DNA of 64,000 nucleotides, taken from NCBI GenBank assembly GCA_963783375.1, contig CAWANH010000029.1, positions 512,001 to 576,000 of the forward strand, given 5' to 3'. How positions within the stretch are numbered: position 1 is the first letter of the stretch; each line of letters begins with the position of its first letter. Source of the stretch: Candidatus Eiseniibacteriota bacterium (GTDB lineage: Bacteria; Eisenbacteria; RBG-16-71-46; JABDJR01). This document shows, piece by piece, positions 20,421 to 30,431 of this stretch. The notes under the pieces are model-generated. The model searched no databases, was not told where the DNA came from, and worked only from the letters and a program-made list of their open reading frames with translations. The translations under genes were made by a program, and so were the position numbers.

Positions 20421-21214
20421 GCCGATTCCCCTTCGTCGACGCGTCGGTCCACCCGCTCGATGGAGTGCGCGCGGCCGGTTTCGTCGTCCAGCTTCACCAG
20501 CACCGAGCTGAAGCGGAGGTCGCCGGATGCGGGCTGGAAGCGATGGTAGAGCCCGGTCCGGAAGTTGGCCAGCACCGGCTCCTTCTGCATGCCGATCACC
20601 GAGTCGTAGGGGCCGGTCATCCCGGTGTCGGTGACGAACGCGGTGCCCTGGGGTAGCACGCGGGTATCGGCGGTGGGAACGTGGGTGTGGGTGCCGAGGA
20701 CCGCCGAGGCGCGGCCGTCGAGGTGCCATCCCATGGCCATCTTCTCCGAGGTGGCCTCGGCGTGCATGTCCACCAGGAGGTAGCGCGCCCCGCGCTCCCG
20801 GGCCCGCTTCACCAGCGCGTCGGCGGCCCGGAACGGATCATCGAGCGGACGCATGAAAACGCGGCCGAGAAGGCAGCCCACCATGAGGGGACCCCGGGGA
20901 AGGTCCAGGGTGGCCATGACGTGCCCGGGGGTCCCGGGAGGGTAGTTGGCCGGCCGCACCACCCGCTCCTCGTTCTCCACGAACTGGATCCCTTCCCGCT
21001 TGTCGAAAAGGTGATTTCCTCCGGTGATGAGATCGACCCCGACAGCGAAGAGAGCCTCCGCGGTGTCGTGGGTGATGCCGGCCCCGCCGGCCAGGTTCTC
21101 CCCGTTGGCCACCACGGCGTCCACCGCGAGGTCCCGGCGAATGCCGGGCAGGACCTCCTCGACCGCCCGGCGCCCGGGGCGCCCCATCACGTCGCCGATG
21201 AATAGCAAGTTCAT
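20417..21214 (-). CDS. ymdB: YmdB/TIGR00282 metallophosphoesterase
   Basis: FIGDVMG, ANGEN, HAEATSEK, GTHTHV, GMTGPYDSVIG. Confidence 0.9.
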   Translation of the reverse strand: MNLLFIGDVMGRPGRRAVEEVLPGIRRDLAVDAVVANGENLAGGAGITHDTAEALFAVGVDLITGGNHLFDKREGIQFVENEERVVRPANYPPGTPGHVMATLDLPRGPLMVGCLLGRVFMRPLDDPFRAADALVKRARERGARYLLVDMHAEATSEKMAMGWHLDGRASAVLGTHTHVPTADTRVLPQGTAFVTDTGMTGPYDSVIGMQKEPVLANFRTGLYHRFQPASGDLRFSSVLVKLDDETGRAHSIERVDRRVDEGESA

Positions 21215-21225
21215 GACAAAAGAAA

Positions 21226-21403
21226 ATTCCCCGCCGGGTGCCGTGTGATTCGGGTTTTTGAACCTAAACTCATGAAGGGGGCGCCGTATCCCGGAGTTCG
21301 CGTCTTCCGCCTTCGCGGACCTCACTCCGTCCGGTGTTCCGGCTCCCGAAGTTTAGGTGTTGGCTCAAAAATACCTGGAATCATCACGGACAGGGCAGGG
21401 AAT
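21226..21403 (-). ncRNA. ssrS: 6S RNA
   Basis: Lies directly downstream of zapA. The ends pair (ATTCCCTGCC / GGCGGGGAAT; CCGTG / CACGG), with an inner stem CCTAAACT / AGTTTAGG, giving a long rod with a central bubble. Confidence 0.85.
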
Positions 21404-21470
21404 CTTCAAACCCTTCTGTTCGTGTGTTCGAGGCTCGGAGAACCGACGTCCGCCGCTCCTCCCTGCGATG

Positions 21471-21764
21471 TTAGTCCCCACCGATGGCTTCGTCCAGGAG
21501 TTCCTGGAGACGTTCGAGTCGCCGCGTGAGCGCGAGCCGTTCGCTGTTTCTCTGTTCGCGCTCCTCGAGCAGATCACCGGCGATGGACAGCGAAGCCAGG
21601 ACGGACACCTTGGTGGGCGGGAGCGCGGCTCGCGGGTCGAGCTCCTTCATCTTTCCGTCCACGATCGCCGCAATGCGCGCGATGGTCTCGGGGGCCAGAT
21701 CGGTGCGGAGCTGATAGCTCGCTCCGCGGAGCTGTACCGTGGTCTCGCTCACCGGCTTCTGCAT
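21471..21764 (-). CDS. zapA: Cell division protein ZapA
   Basis: TTVQLRGASYQL...IAAIVDGKMKEL...VLASLSIAGDL plus coiled coil; context. Confidence 0.85.
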   Translation of the reverse strand: MQKPVSETTVQLRGASYQLRTDLAPETIARIAAIVDGKMKELDPRAALPPTKVSVLASLSIAGDLLEEREQRNSERLALTRRLERLQELLDEAIGGD

Positions 21765-21809
21765 GGATTCACCTCACGCGGGCTCGGCGACCGTCCCGCC
21801 CGTCCGGGT

Positions 21810-22145
21810 TCAGCCGAGATCCAGAACCTCCAGCTTCTCCAGGATCGCCTGCACCCGGCGCGCGGTGTTCGCGCGTTCCCGGATGAGGGCGTCCTTCTCC
21901 TTCTCCAGGCGGGCGACATCCTCGTTGGCGTTCAGGCTCTTGTGGAGCGCGGCTTCCAGTTCGCGGACGCGCCCGTCGCGCTCCTGGAGGCGGCGGCGGA
22001 GGTCCTCACCTTCGGTGCGGAGGGCGTCCCGCTCCTCCCGCAGCTCGGCCAGGACCTTCGCCGCCGTCTCGACCTTCCGCTCCAGCAGTTCCAACGACTC
22101 CGAGGCGTCGCTCGCCTTCAGATCCTCCAGCTCCGTCTTGGTCAT
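21810..22145 (-). CDS. ZapB-like coiled-coil protein
   Basis: 111 aa, coiled coil throughout, between pheT and zapA. Confidence 0.7.
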   Translation of the reverse strand: MTKTELEDLKASDASESLELLERKVETAAKVLAELREERDALRTEGEDLRRRLQERDGRVRELEAALHKSLNANEDVARLEKEKDALIRERANTARRVQAILEKLEVLDLG

Positions 22146-22177
22146 GGATCGCTCATCCCTCCCGCCGTGCGGGCCGC

Positions 22178-24586
22178 TCAGGCCTCGCGGCGAACGATTC
22201 CCAGTTGACGCAGGCCGGCCACGACGCGGTCGACCGCGGCATCCACTTCCTTGTCCTCCAGGGTCCGGTCGGCGGCGCGGAAGGTCAGGCTGAACCCGAG
22301 CCCCACGTGCCCGGCCGGAATGTGCTTGCCCCGGTAGTGATCGAAAAGCTCGATTTCCTGGAGCTGGGGCCCGGCCTCGCCGCGGATCCGGCTCCGCACC
22401 TCGTCCTGGGTAACCCCGCCGGGCACGATCAGCGCCAGATCGCGGCGCATCGCCGGGAACCGCGACGGCTCGCGGTAGACCCGGGGGGACCCGGCCTCCA
22501 GAGGCAGCGCTTCGAGGCGCACCTGGGCCAGGTACACCGGCCGGTTGAGATCCCAGGCCGAGGCGGCTTCCGGGCCCACTTCCCAGGCGCAACCGAAGCT
22601 CAGATCCCCCGCCGCCAGCTCGAGAGAGCCGGGGGGGAACAAACCCAGGCCATTATAGGGTCGCCACTTAGGTACGTCAATTTGAAACGCGGCTAGAAGT
22701 CCTTCCACGAAGCCCTTGAATTCCAAGAAGTTGAGACTGCGCTGCGCCCGCTCCAGCGAGGCCGGAAACTTGCCCCCGGCGGCCGCGATCCCCACCCAGG
22801 TGGTCTCCACGGGGAGGGGGCCCGGCGATCGGCGGTCGAATGTGGTTCCGATCTCGTAGAGGCGCGCTTCGGGCCGGCCGTGGCGAAGGTTGTGGGCCAC
22901 CGCGTCGAGGAGCGACGGCAGCAGCGTGACCCGGAGCCCCTCCTCCTCCCGGCTCGGAGGATCCATGAGCGGAAGGAAGGCGGCGCTCGCCGTCTCGGCG
23001 GCGATGCCCACCCGGGCGGCGGCCTCCTCCCGCACCAGGCACCGGGTGATGATCTCGCTGAATCCGAGCCCACGGAGCGCCTCCCCCACCCGGCGTCGCC
23101 GGTTCTCCTCGGGCTGGACCGGCGCCGCCACGGCGCTGGCGTTGTACTGGCGCTCGCCGATGGCGTCGTACCCCCGGTGGCGGGCCACTTCCTCCAGCAG
23201 GTCGCACTCCTCGAGCACGTCCCGCCGCCACGAGGGCACACCGATCATCCATGTCTCACCCGACCGGTCATCAACCTCGAAGCCGAAGGCCCGGAGCCGG
23301 GTCGCCACCTCCTCGTCCTCCACCGGATCTCCCAGGGTCCGGCCCACCGCGGCGGGCCGGAAAGACACCCGGCGCGGGGCGAGGAGGGAAGGATCGACCG
23401 CCTCGGCCATCCCCGGAGCCACCGTCCCCCCCGCGGTCTCGGCCAGGAGACCGGCGGCCCGCCGGGCGGCGGCGTCCACCGCCCCGGGATCCACGCCCCG
23501 GCGGAACCGGATCGAGGCCTCGGTGTCGAGACGGAGCCAGCGGGAGCCGCGAAGAATCCGCTCCGGGAGGAAGTAAGCCGCCTCGAGCAGGATGTCGTGA
23601 GTCCCCTCGTGGACCTCGGTGTTCGCCCCCCCCATGATCCCGCCGGCGGCGATGGGCCGCTCGCCGTCGGTGATCAGCAGCACCTGGGGATCGAGGGCGC
23701 GGTCCTGGCCGTCCAGGGTGGTGAGGCGTTCACCGGGCCGGGCCCGCCGGACGAGGATGCGCCCGGTACCGAGGCGCTCCAGATCGAAGGCGTGAAGCGG
23801 CTGGCCGAACTCCAGCATCACGAAGTTGGTGACGTCGACCACGTTGTTGATGCTCCGCTGGCCGGCTCCTTCCAGTCGGCGCACCAGCCACTCCGGGGAG
23901 GGTCCCACGCGAACCCCACGGATCAGGTGTGCGGTGAACCGGGGGCAATCCCCGGCGTCCTCGACCGCCACCGCGAACTCGCCGGTCACCGGCACGCCTC
24001 CGCGGTCGGCTTCGGTGGGCGGGAGACGAAGGGGCTTCCCGGTGAGGGCGGCGATCTCGCGGGCGATTCCCACGTGGCAGAGGCAGTCCCCGCGGTTGGA
24101 GGGAACGTCGATCTCCAACACCACGTCGCGGGAACCGAGAACCTGCGCGAACGGCGTCCCCACCTCGGCGGGGGGGAGTTCCATGATGCCGGAGGCGTCA
24201 TCCCCGAGGCCGAGTTCGATCTCGGAGCAAAGCATGCCGTTCGAGACCTCGCCCCGGATCTTGCTCTTCTTCAGGGTCACGCCGTTGGGAAGCGCGGCGC
24301 CCACCCGGGCCAGGGGGCTCAACATGCCTTCGCGGACATTGGGAGCCCCGCACACCACCTCCACCGTCTCTCCCCCTCCGGCGTCCACCCGGCAGAGGCT
24401 CAACCGGTCGGCGTTGGGATGGCGGCGGACCTCCAGCACCTTCCCCACCACCACGGTGTCCGGAATGACGCTCGGGCGCTCCACCCGATCGACCGGAAGT
24501 CCGGCCATGGTGAGGAGCCGGGCCAGAACCTCCGGCTCCTGCTCGATCTCCACGTAGTCCCTGATCCAGGAAAGACTGAAACGCAC
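22178..24586 (-). CDS. pheT: Phenylalanine-tRNA ligase beta subunit
   Basis: HPNADRL, VCGAPN, NRGDCL, GQPLHAFD, VPSWRRD, EEVARHRGY, RFPAMRRDLA. Confidence 0.95.
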   Translation of the reverse strand: MRFSLSWIRDYVEIEQEPEVLARLLTMAGLPVDRVERPSVIPDTVVVGKVLEVRRHPNADRLSLCRVDAGGGETVEVVCGAPNVREGMLSPLARVGAALPNGVTLKKSKIRGEVSNGMLCSEIELGLGDDASGIMELPPAEVGTPFAQVLGSRDVVLEIDVPSNRGDCLCHVGIAREIAALTGKPLRLPPTEADRGGVPVTGEFAVAVEDAGDCPRFTAHLIRGVRVGPSPEWLVRRLEGAGQRSINNVVDVTNFVMLEFGQPLHAFDLERLGTGRILVRRARPGERLTTLDGQDRALDPQVLLITDGERPIAAGGIMGGANTEVHEGTHDILLEAAYFLPERILRGSRWLRLDTEASIRFRRGVDPGAVDAAARRAAGLLAETAGGTVAPGMAEAVDPSLLAPRRVSFRPAAVGRTLGDPVEDEEVATRLRAFGFEVDDRSGETWMIGVPSWRRDVLEECDLLEEVARHRGYDAIGERQYNASAVAAPVQPEENRRRRVGEALRGLGFSEIITRCLVREEAAARVGIAAETASAAFLPLMDPPSREEEGLRVTLLPSLLDAVAHNLRHGRPEARLYEIGTTFDRRSPGPLPVETTWVGIAAAGGKFPASLERAQRSLNFLEFKGFVEGLLAAFQIDVPKWRPYNGLGLFPPGSLELAAGDLSFGCAWEVGPEAASAWDLNRPVYLAQVRLEALPLEAGSPRVYREPSRFPAMRRDLALIVPGGVTQDEVRSRIRGEAGPQLQEIELFDHYRGKHIPAGHVGLGFSLTFRAADRTLEDKEVDAAVDRVVAGLRQLGIVRREA
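22652..22680 (-). promoter_or_regulatory. Near-consensus sigma70 promoter inside pheT
   Basis: TTGACG-TACCTAAGTGGCGACCC (17 nt)-TATAAT in an AT-rich patch. Confidence 0.7.
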
Positions 24587-24827
24587 GGAATCCCCTCTCC
24601 CTCCGCGTGCCATTCCACGCACGCGGGAGCCGGTAGCGAATCGGGAATCCTACCACGGGCCGGATGAAAATTCCCGGGGGGCTCCGTCCTTCCCATCCCC
24701 CGCCCCAGCGGCTAAACTGCCACCGCATGCAAACCTGCCGCACCCCTACTTCCCTTCGCGTTCGGACCGCGCGATTCGCCGCCGCGGGACGCCGGCTCTT
24801 CGCCCCGGAGGCGAAGCCCACCGGACC

Positions 24828-25958
24828 ATGAAGGTCTGCCTGATCTCCCTCGGCGGGCTCGATTGTCAGCTCGTCGAACCGCACAGTACCCGGGGCGGTT
24901 CGGAACTCCAGACCACCCTCCTCGCCCGGGCCCTGGAGGCGCGCGGCCACGAGGTGACGATGGTGGTGACCGACTACGTCGGGGCGGCCCGCACCGCCCC
25001 GCGGGTCACGGACTTCCGGCTCCTCAACGCCTACGACACCCGGGCCGGGATCCGCGGACTCCGGTTCGTTCCGCGGTGGCGGGAGCTCATCCGCGCCCTG
25101 GACCGGGCCGACGCCGCGGTCTATTACCAGCGGGGCGCGGGGGCGGTCACCGGACAGGCCGGCCTCTTCGCCGCCCGGCGCGGGCGTGCGTTCGTGTTCG
25201 GTGCCGCCAGCGACACCGACGTCGACCCCCGCCGCCTTCGCCTGGGACCCCGGGACCGCTTGCTCTTCCGGGCCGGGCTCACCCGCGCCACCCGGGTGGT
25301 GGTCCAACACCGGGAACAGCGGGAGCTTCTCCGGAAGGGTTTCGGTGTGTCGTCAACGGTGATCGGAAGCATCAGCCCGTTCTTCCCCGAGAGCGTGCGC
25401 CCACCCGAGGACCCGCCGGTGGTGGTCTGGCTCGGAAACTTCCGCGCCCTCAAGCATCCGGAGATCTTCCTCGAAGCCGCGGCCCGGTTCCCCGAGACCC
25501 ACTTCGTGATGATGGGGGGCCCGGTGGCGTCCGAAGCCGATCTGTTCGGCCGGGTGCGCAAGGCCGCCGCCGCCGTCCCCAACGTCACCTTCATGGGCCC
25601 GGTGGCCGACCCGGCCCCGGTTCTGGCCGGGGCATGGGCGCTTCTCAACACCTCCGAGTTCGAAGGGTTTCCCACCAGCTTCGTGGAGGCCTGGGCCCAC
25701 GGGGTGCCCACCGTCTCCTTCGTCGATCCGGGGGGCGTGGTGACCGAAGAGGAGTTGGGACGGGTGGCGGACACCGCCGAGTCGCTCCTCGGCCACCTGG
25801 GTCGGATGCTGGGCTCCCGAAGTCTTCGCGACGAGCTGGGAGCGCGGGCGCGCGCCCACGTCGCGCGCGAACATGGGGCGGACCGGGTGGCCGAACGCTA
25901 CGATCGCCTGTTCCGGGAGATCGCCGGGCCGGGCCGAACCCGGGAACGGAGGGACTGA
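24828..25958 (+). CDS. Glycosyltransferase family 4 (GT-B)
   Basis: KHPEIFLEAA, NTSEFEGFPTSFVEAWAHGVP (EX7E). Confidence 0.9.
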   Translation: MKVCLISLGGLDCQLVEPHSTRGGSELQTTLLARALEARGHEVTMVVTDYVGAARTAPRVTDFRLLNAYDTRAGIRGLRFVPRWRELIRALDRADAAVYYQRGAGAVTGQAGLFAARRGRAFVFGAASDTDVDPRRLRLGPRDRLLFRAGLTRATRVVVQHREQRELLRKGFGVSSTVIGSISPFFPESVRPPEDPPVVVWLGNFRALKHPEIFLEAAARFPETHFVMMGGPVASEADLFGRVRKAAAAVPNVTFMGPVADPAPVLAGAWALLNTSEFEGFPTSFVEAWAHGVPTVSFVDPGGVVTEEELGRVADTAESLLGHLGRMLGSRSLRDELGARARAHVAREHGADRVAERYDRLFREIAGPGRTRERRD

Positions 25959-25959
25959 A

Positions 25960-27969
25960 GTGGAATCGATCGAGTCATCTCCCCCGGCGCGGAAGAGCGT
26001 CCCCACCCTGATCTTCGTCCTGGTCCTGGCCCTCTACGTCCTGACCCTGCTGGGCTGGGGGGGCTCCGTCCTCGCCGCTGGGGCGGGAATCGCCGCCGCG
26101 TTCCTGTTTCCGGGGAACGCGCTCCTGGTGGCGGCCTCCGCGCCGCGTTCCCGAACCCGGGACCTGGTGGCCGGGGTCGCTCTCTCCCCCGTGGTGTTGG
26201 GGGGGGTCCTCGTCGTCGCCGAGCTCACCGGGGGAATCTCCGCCCTCTGGGTTCGGGGGACCGTTCTGGGATGCGGCGGCGTACTCGTTTTGTTTCGACT
26301 TCTCGACGATGGCGCCGCACCCGATAGCGACGAGGACGTGGGATGGGCGCCATGGCTGATCGGGCTCGGCGCGGCCGTGCTGGTGGGACTGGTGCTCATC
26401 CCCGCCCCGTGGCGACGGGTTGCCTCCGACGCCTGGTTCCATACCGCGGTGGCGCTGGAGATGGAGCGGGGGGGGCTCCCGCCGCAGGATCCCTACTTCG
26501 CGGGCATCGCCCTCCAGTACTTCTGGTTCTACCACGCCGTCCTCCTGGCGCTCCGAGACGCGGCCGGACTCAACCCGCCCGACGCCATGACCCTCATGAA
26601 CCTCCTGGCCGTCGGACTCTGCGTTCCCGCCGCCGCCCGGATCGGTCGCGCGCTGGGATTTTCGCGCGCCGCGGGAGCCTGGGGCGGGGTGCTCTTTCTC
26701 CTGGGAATGGGCGGCCTCTTCTGGCTGTTCTTCCCGGTCAAGCTGGTGACCGTGGTGATCGGGGACGTGCGGGGGATGGCGGCGCTCCGCCAGATCGTTC
26801 ACCTGGGGGCGCTCTGCCCCGCGAACACGGAGCCCTTCGTCCGGTTCCTGAACAGCTCGGTATTCATGTTGCGCAAGTTCCTGATCGGAACCGCGGTTCC
26901 CTGGGCGCTGCTGCTCCTCTTGGTGACGGCGGACGCCGCCCTGCGGTTCGTGCGGGAGGGAAAGGCCTCCCGGGCCTTCCTGCTCTTCGCCGCCGGGGCG
27001 GGGGCGTTTCTCTTCCACGTGGTGATCGGCGGGGCGTCCCTGGCCGCGTTGGCCGCCGGAGCGGCGGCCCTCGCGATCCTCCCCGGCGCCCCCCGGGGCC
27101 GCGCCCTGGGAACCGCGGTGATCGCGGCGGGGGCGCTGGCGGCGTGCCTCCCCTACCTGACTTCCCTCGTTCCTCCCGGGAGCACGGAGCGGGCCTTCCC
27201 CTTCGGGATCAGCCTCCGGGTCTGGGCTTCGGCTCCCTTCACCTTCGCCGGCGTGATCCTGCTCTCCCTCCCGGTCTGGAAACGGTTCTGGACCCTGCGC
27301 CGGCCGGATTCCGTCCTCTTCATGGGGTGGGCCGCCGCCTCGGTGGGCTACGGGCTCCTGGGCCGTCTTCCCGCCGCCAACCAGTTCGACAAGCCTCCGA
27401 TCGTGATGTACATCCCCCTCGCCCTGGCCGCGGGGTTCGCCGTGCCGCTCATCTGGAGGGCGCTGGCCGGCCGGCGCCGGCTCCGGGTGCTCTTCGCGGC
27501 GTTCCTCTTCCTGTACCTGGTCCCCGAGAACGCCCTCCTGTGGACGGCCTATGTAACCGAGGGCTCGCCGGCGCCGCTCAGCCCGGCCGAAACGCATCTC
27601 TACGCCTGGATCGGCCGCGAAACGCCGGCCGACGCGGTGTTCATCGATTCCCACGACCGCACCGAAGTGCTGGTCCGGGGTCCGCGCCGCCAGTACTGGG
27701 GACTGCCCGCCTACGCCTACCAGTGGGGTTACGATCGCGAGGTGATGGCCCTCCGACGGCGGACCCGGGACGAGGTGTACGCCTCCGGGGACCTTGACCC
27801 GAAGGAGATCGCCGGCCTCGCCGCCCTCCACGCCCCGGTGTACGTGATCGCCCGGGAAGAGGATACTCCGGGGGCGGGGAGGCGGCTGGCTGAGCGGCCC
27901 GCGCGTTATCGACGGGTATGGGCCGAGGACGGGCTGGCGGTGTTCCGGGTGAAGCTCGGCGGATCGTGA
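25960..27969 (+). CDS. Large polytopic membrane protein, GT-C/DUF2298-like
   Basis: Many TM helices; SDAWFH...PPQDPYFAGIALQYFWFYH; soluble C-terminal domain WIGRETPADAVF...YVIAREE...AVFRV. Confidence 0.65.
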   Translation: MESIESSPPARKSVPTLIFVLVLALYVLTLLGWGGSVLAAGAGIAAAFLFPGNALLVAASAPRSRTRDLVAGVALSPVVLGGVLVVAELTGGISALWVRGTVLGCGGVLVLFRLLDDGAAPDSDEDVGWAPWLIGLGAAVLVGLVLIPAPWRRVASDAWFHTAVALEMERGGLPPQDPYFAGIALQYFWFYHAVLLALRDAAGLNPPDAMTLMNLLAVGLCVPAAARIGRALGFSRAAGAWGGVLFLLGMGGLFWLFFPVKLVTVVIGDVRGMAALRQIVHLGALCPANTEPFVRFLNSSVFMLRKFLIGTAVPWALLLLLVTADAALRFVREGKASRAFLLFAAGAGAFLFHVVIGGASLAALAAGAAALAILPGAPRGRALGTAVIAAGALAACLPYLTSLVPPGSTERAFPFGISLRVWASAPFTFAGVILLSLPVWKRFWTLRRPDSVLFMGWAAASVGYGLLGRLPAANQFDKPPIVMYIPLALAAGFAVPLIWRALAGRRRLRVLFAAFLFLYLVPENALLWTAYVTEGSPAPLSPAETHLYAWIGRETPADAVFIDSHDRTEVLVRGPRRQYWGLPAYAYQWGYDREVMALRRRTRDEVYASGDLDPKEIAGLAALHAPVYVIAREEDTPGAGRRLAERPARYRRVWAEDGLAVFRVKLGGS

Positions 27970-28029
27970 CCGGCGCCGCGCGCTCCGCGACCGATCGGGG
28001 CGCGATCGCCCGGCGAGGGTGACCGGCGG

Positions 28030-29052
28030 CTAGAACTGGGTGAGGAACCGGAGGTCGTTCTCGAAGAAGAGGCGAATGTCCGGGATGCCGTGGCGGAGGA
28101 TGGCGATTCGTTCCACCCCCATCCCCGCCGCATAGCCGCTCACCGTCTCGGGGTCGTAGCCCACGTTCCGGAAGACCTGGGGATGCACCATGCCCGCGCC
28201 CAGGATCTCGATCCAACCGGTCTGCTTGCACAGCCGGCAGCCCTTCCCCAGGCAGAGGAAGCAGGTGATGTCCATCTCCGCTCCCGGCTCCACGAACGGG
28301 AAGTAGCTGGGGCGGAACCGCACGTCCAGATGGCCGCCGAAGAGCTCGTGGGCGAAGGTGGTGAGGGTGCCGCGCAGGTCCTTCATGGTGACCCCGCGAT
28401 CCACGTACAGAACCTCCACCTGATGGAACTCCGAGGAGTGGGTGGCGTCGGGGGTCTCGCGGCGGTAGACCCGCCCCGGGAAGACCGCGCGCACCGGCGG
28501 CGGACCGCTCTGCATGACCCGGATCTGCACCGGCGAAGTGTGGGTGCGAAGCACCACGTCGTCGGTCATGAAGAACGTGTCCTGCATGTCCCGGGCCGGG
28601 TGGCCCTTGGGGAGATTCAGGGCCTCGAAGTTGTGATAGTCGTCCTCGACCTCGGGGCCGCGGGCCACCGAGAACCCCATGCCCCGGAAGATGTCGAGGA
28701 TGCGCTCCTCGGTCTGGGTGATGAGATGCGCGTGCCCGATCGCCGGGCGGACCCCGGGGAGGGTGGGATCCTCATCGGGTTCCCCCCCGGCTCCGGCCAG
28801 TTCGCCCTCGCGCCGCGAAAGGGCCGCCTCCACCGCCTGCTTGGCGCTGTTGGCGGCCTGGCCCACCTTTCCCCGTTCGGCCGGAGCCACGTCCTTGAGG
28901 CTCCGCAGCACCGCGATGAGGGGGGATTTCCGGGCGAGGTGCTTGATGCGGGCGGCTTCCAGGGCGGCGGGGTCCGAGGCCCCGGCGATCTCCCGGAGGG
29001 CCTCGTCCCGGATGCGCTGGAGTTCGCCCAGGACCTCGGTGGCTTCGGGCAC
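28030..29052 (-). CDS. pheS: Phenylalanine-tRNA ligase alpha subunit
   Basis: HPARDMQDTF, LRTHTSPVQ, FRPSYFPFVEP, EILGAGMVHP. Confidence 0.97.
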   Translation of the reverse strand: MPEATEVLGELQRIRDEALREIAGASDPAALEAARIKHLARKSPLIAVLRSLKDVAPAERGKVGQAANSAKQAVEAALSRREGELAGAGGEPDEDPTLPGVRPAIGHAHLITQTEERILDIFRGMGFSVARGPEVEDDYHNFEALNLPKGHPARDMQDTFFMTDDVVLRTHTSPVQIRVMQSGPPPVRAVFPGRVYRRETPDATHSSEFHQVEVLYVDRGVTMKDLRGTLTTFAHELFGGHLDVRFRPSYFPFVEPGAEMDITCFLCLGKGCRLCKQTGWIEILGAGMVHPQVFRNVGYDPETVSGYAAGMGVERIAILRHGIPDIRLFFENDLRFLTQF

Positions 29053-29056
29053 GACG

Positions 29057-29419
29057 CTAGGAAGCGGCGGCCGACCCGCGCGCCACCGCGGCGAGTTCCC
29101 TGAACGCGGCGGCGTCCTTCACCGCCAGCTCGGCCAGGACCTTCCGGTCGATGGTCACGTTGGCCCGCTTCAAGCCGCTGATGAAGGCGCTGTAGGACAT
29201 CCCGTTCTCCCGGGCGGCGGCGTTGATCCGCACGATCCACAGGCGGCGGAAATCGCGCTTCTTCCGGCGGCGGTGCTCCCAGGCGAACTGGAGACCGCGC
29301 ATCACGGTTTCGTTGGCGCTCTTGAACAGCCGGGAACGACCGCCGACGGCCCCCTTGGCTTCGGATAGGACTTTCTTCCGCCGGGCGCGACCCGGCACAA
29401 CTCCACGTGCGCGTGGCAT
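29057..29419 (-). CDS. rplT: 50S ribosomal protein L20
   Basis: KKRDFRRLWIVRINAAAR, DRKVLAELA. Confidence 0.97.
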   Translation of the reverse strand: MPRARGVVPGRARRKKVLSEAKGAVGGRSRLFKSANETVMRGLQFAWEHRRRKKRDFRRLWIVRINAAARENGMSYSAFISGLKRANVTIDRKVLAELAVKDAAAFRELAAVARGSAAAS

Positions 29420-29521
29420 CTCGTTTACCTCCTGCCCGGTATCCGGCCGAAGGAGCGACCGCCGGTGGCGGGCCGCCGGCGACCCCGGAGGGCGCCTTCT
29501 CGGCAGGTACGGTGTACGGGG

Positions 29522-29719
29522 CTAGCCGTTCGGCAACATCCGTTTGACGCGATCCTGGTCGGCGGGCGACACGGTGGTGGCCTGACGCAGGTTGCGCTTC
29601 CGCTTGGTGTCTTTCTTCGTGAGAATGTGCGAGTGGTACGCCTTGCCGCGCTTCACCCGCCCGCTGGCGGTGAGCTTGAAGCGCTTGGCCGCGCCCCGCT
29701 TCGTCTTCATCTTGGGCAT
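29522..29719 (-). CDS. rpmI: 50S ribosomal protein L35
   Basis: [15 protein letters not shown]...HILTKK. Confidence 0.97.
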   Translation of the reverse strand: MPKMKTKRGAAKRFKLTASGRVKRGKAYHSHILTKKDTKRKRNLRQATTVSPADQDRVKRMLPNG

Positions 29720-29753
29720 CTCGACTCCTCGTTCCGGCCTCCCGGATCCCGGT

Positions 29754-30431
29754 CTAGGGGGCGGCATCCGTCGGCTGAGCGCCGGCCGGGTCCGCCTCCT
29801 CGGGCTTATCCGCCTTTGCGGCCGTTTCGACCTGTTCGGGCTTCGCGGCTTTTGCGGACTTTTCGGTCTTTTCGGGCTTCTCCGCGTCCTCGGGCTTTTC
29901 GGGCTTGAGGCGGTCCTTGCGGGGCATCATGTACATGGTCATGGTGTAGCCCTCCATGCGGGGAGGGTTCTCCACCTGAGCGATGTCGGCCAGCGCTTCC
30001 GCCGCCTGGTCCAGAAGCACCCGGCCCAGCTCCGCGTGGGCCATTTCCCGGCCCCGGAACATCACCGTGAACTTGACCTTGTTCTTCCCCTCCAGGAAGT
30101 CCCGCGCGTGGTTGACCTTGAAGTCGAAGTCGTGGTCGTCGATCTTCGGGCGGAACTTCACTTCCTTGACCTGGATCCGGTGCTGGACTTTCTTCGCCTT
30201 GGCTGCTCGTTTGCTGAGCTCGTACTTGTACTTGCCGAAGTCCATGATCCGGCAGACCGGCGGCGACGCGTTGGGAGAGACCTCGACCAGATCCATCCCC
30301 TTCTCCCGCGCGAGCTTGAGCGCCTCGTACGAGGACATGACGCCGACCTGGCCTCCCTCCTCGTCCACCACCCGAACCTGGGGGATCCGGATGCGTTCGT
30401 TGACCCGCACGCTTTCTTCTTTCTTGGCTAT
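29754..30431 (-). CDS. infC: Translation initiation factor IF-3 (probable ATA start; charged C-terminal extension)
   Basis: [32 protein letters not shown]; AGGAGG lies 8 nt before an in-frame ATA at 30431. Confidence 0.95.
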   Translation of the reverse strand: MAKKEESVRVNERIRIPQVRVVDEEGGQVGVMSSYEALKLAREKGMDLVEVSPNASPPVCRIMDFGKYKYELSKRAAKAKKVQHRIQVKEVKFRPKIDDHDFDFKVNHARDFLEGKNKVKFTVMFRGREMAHAELGRVLLDQAAEALADIAQVENPPRMEGYTMTMYMMPRKDRLKPEKPEDAEKPEKTEKSAKAAKPEQVETAAKADKPEEADPAGAQPTDAAP

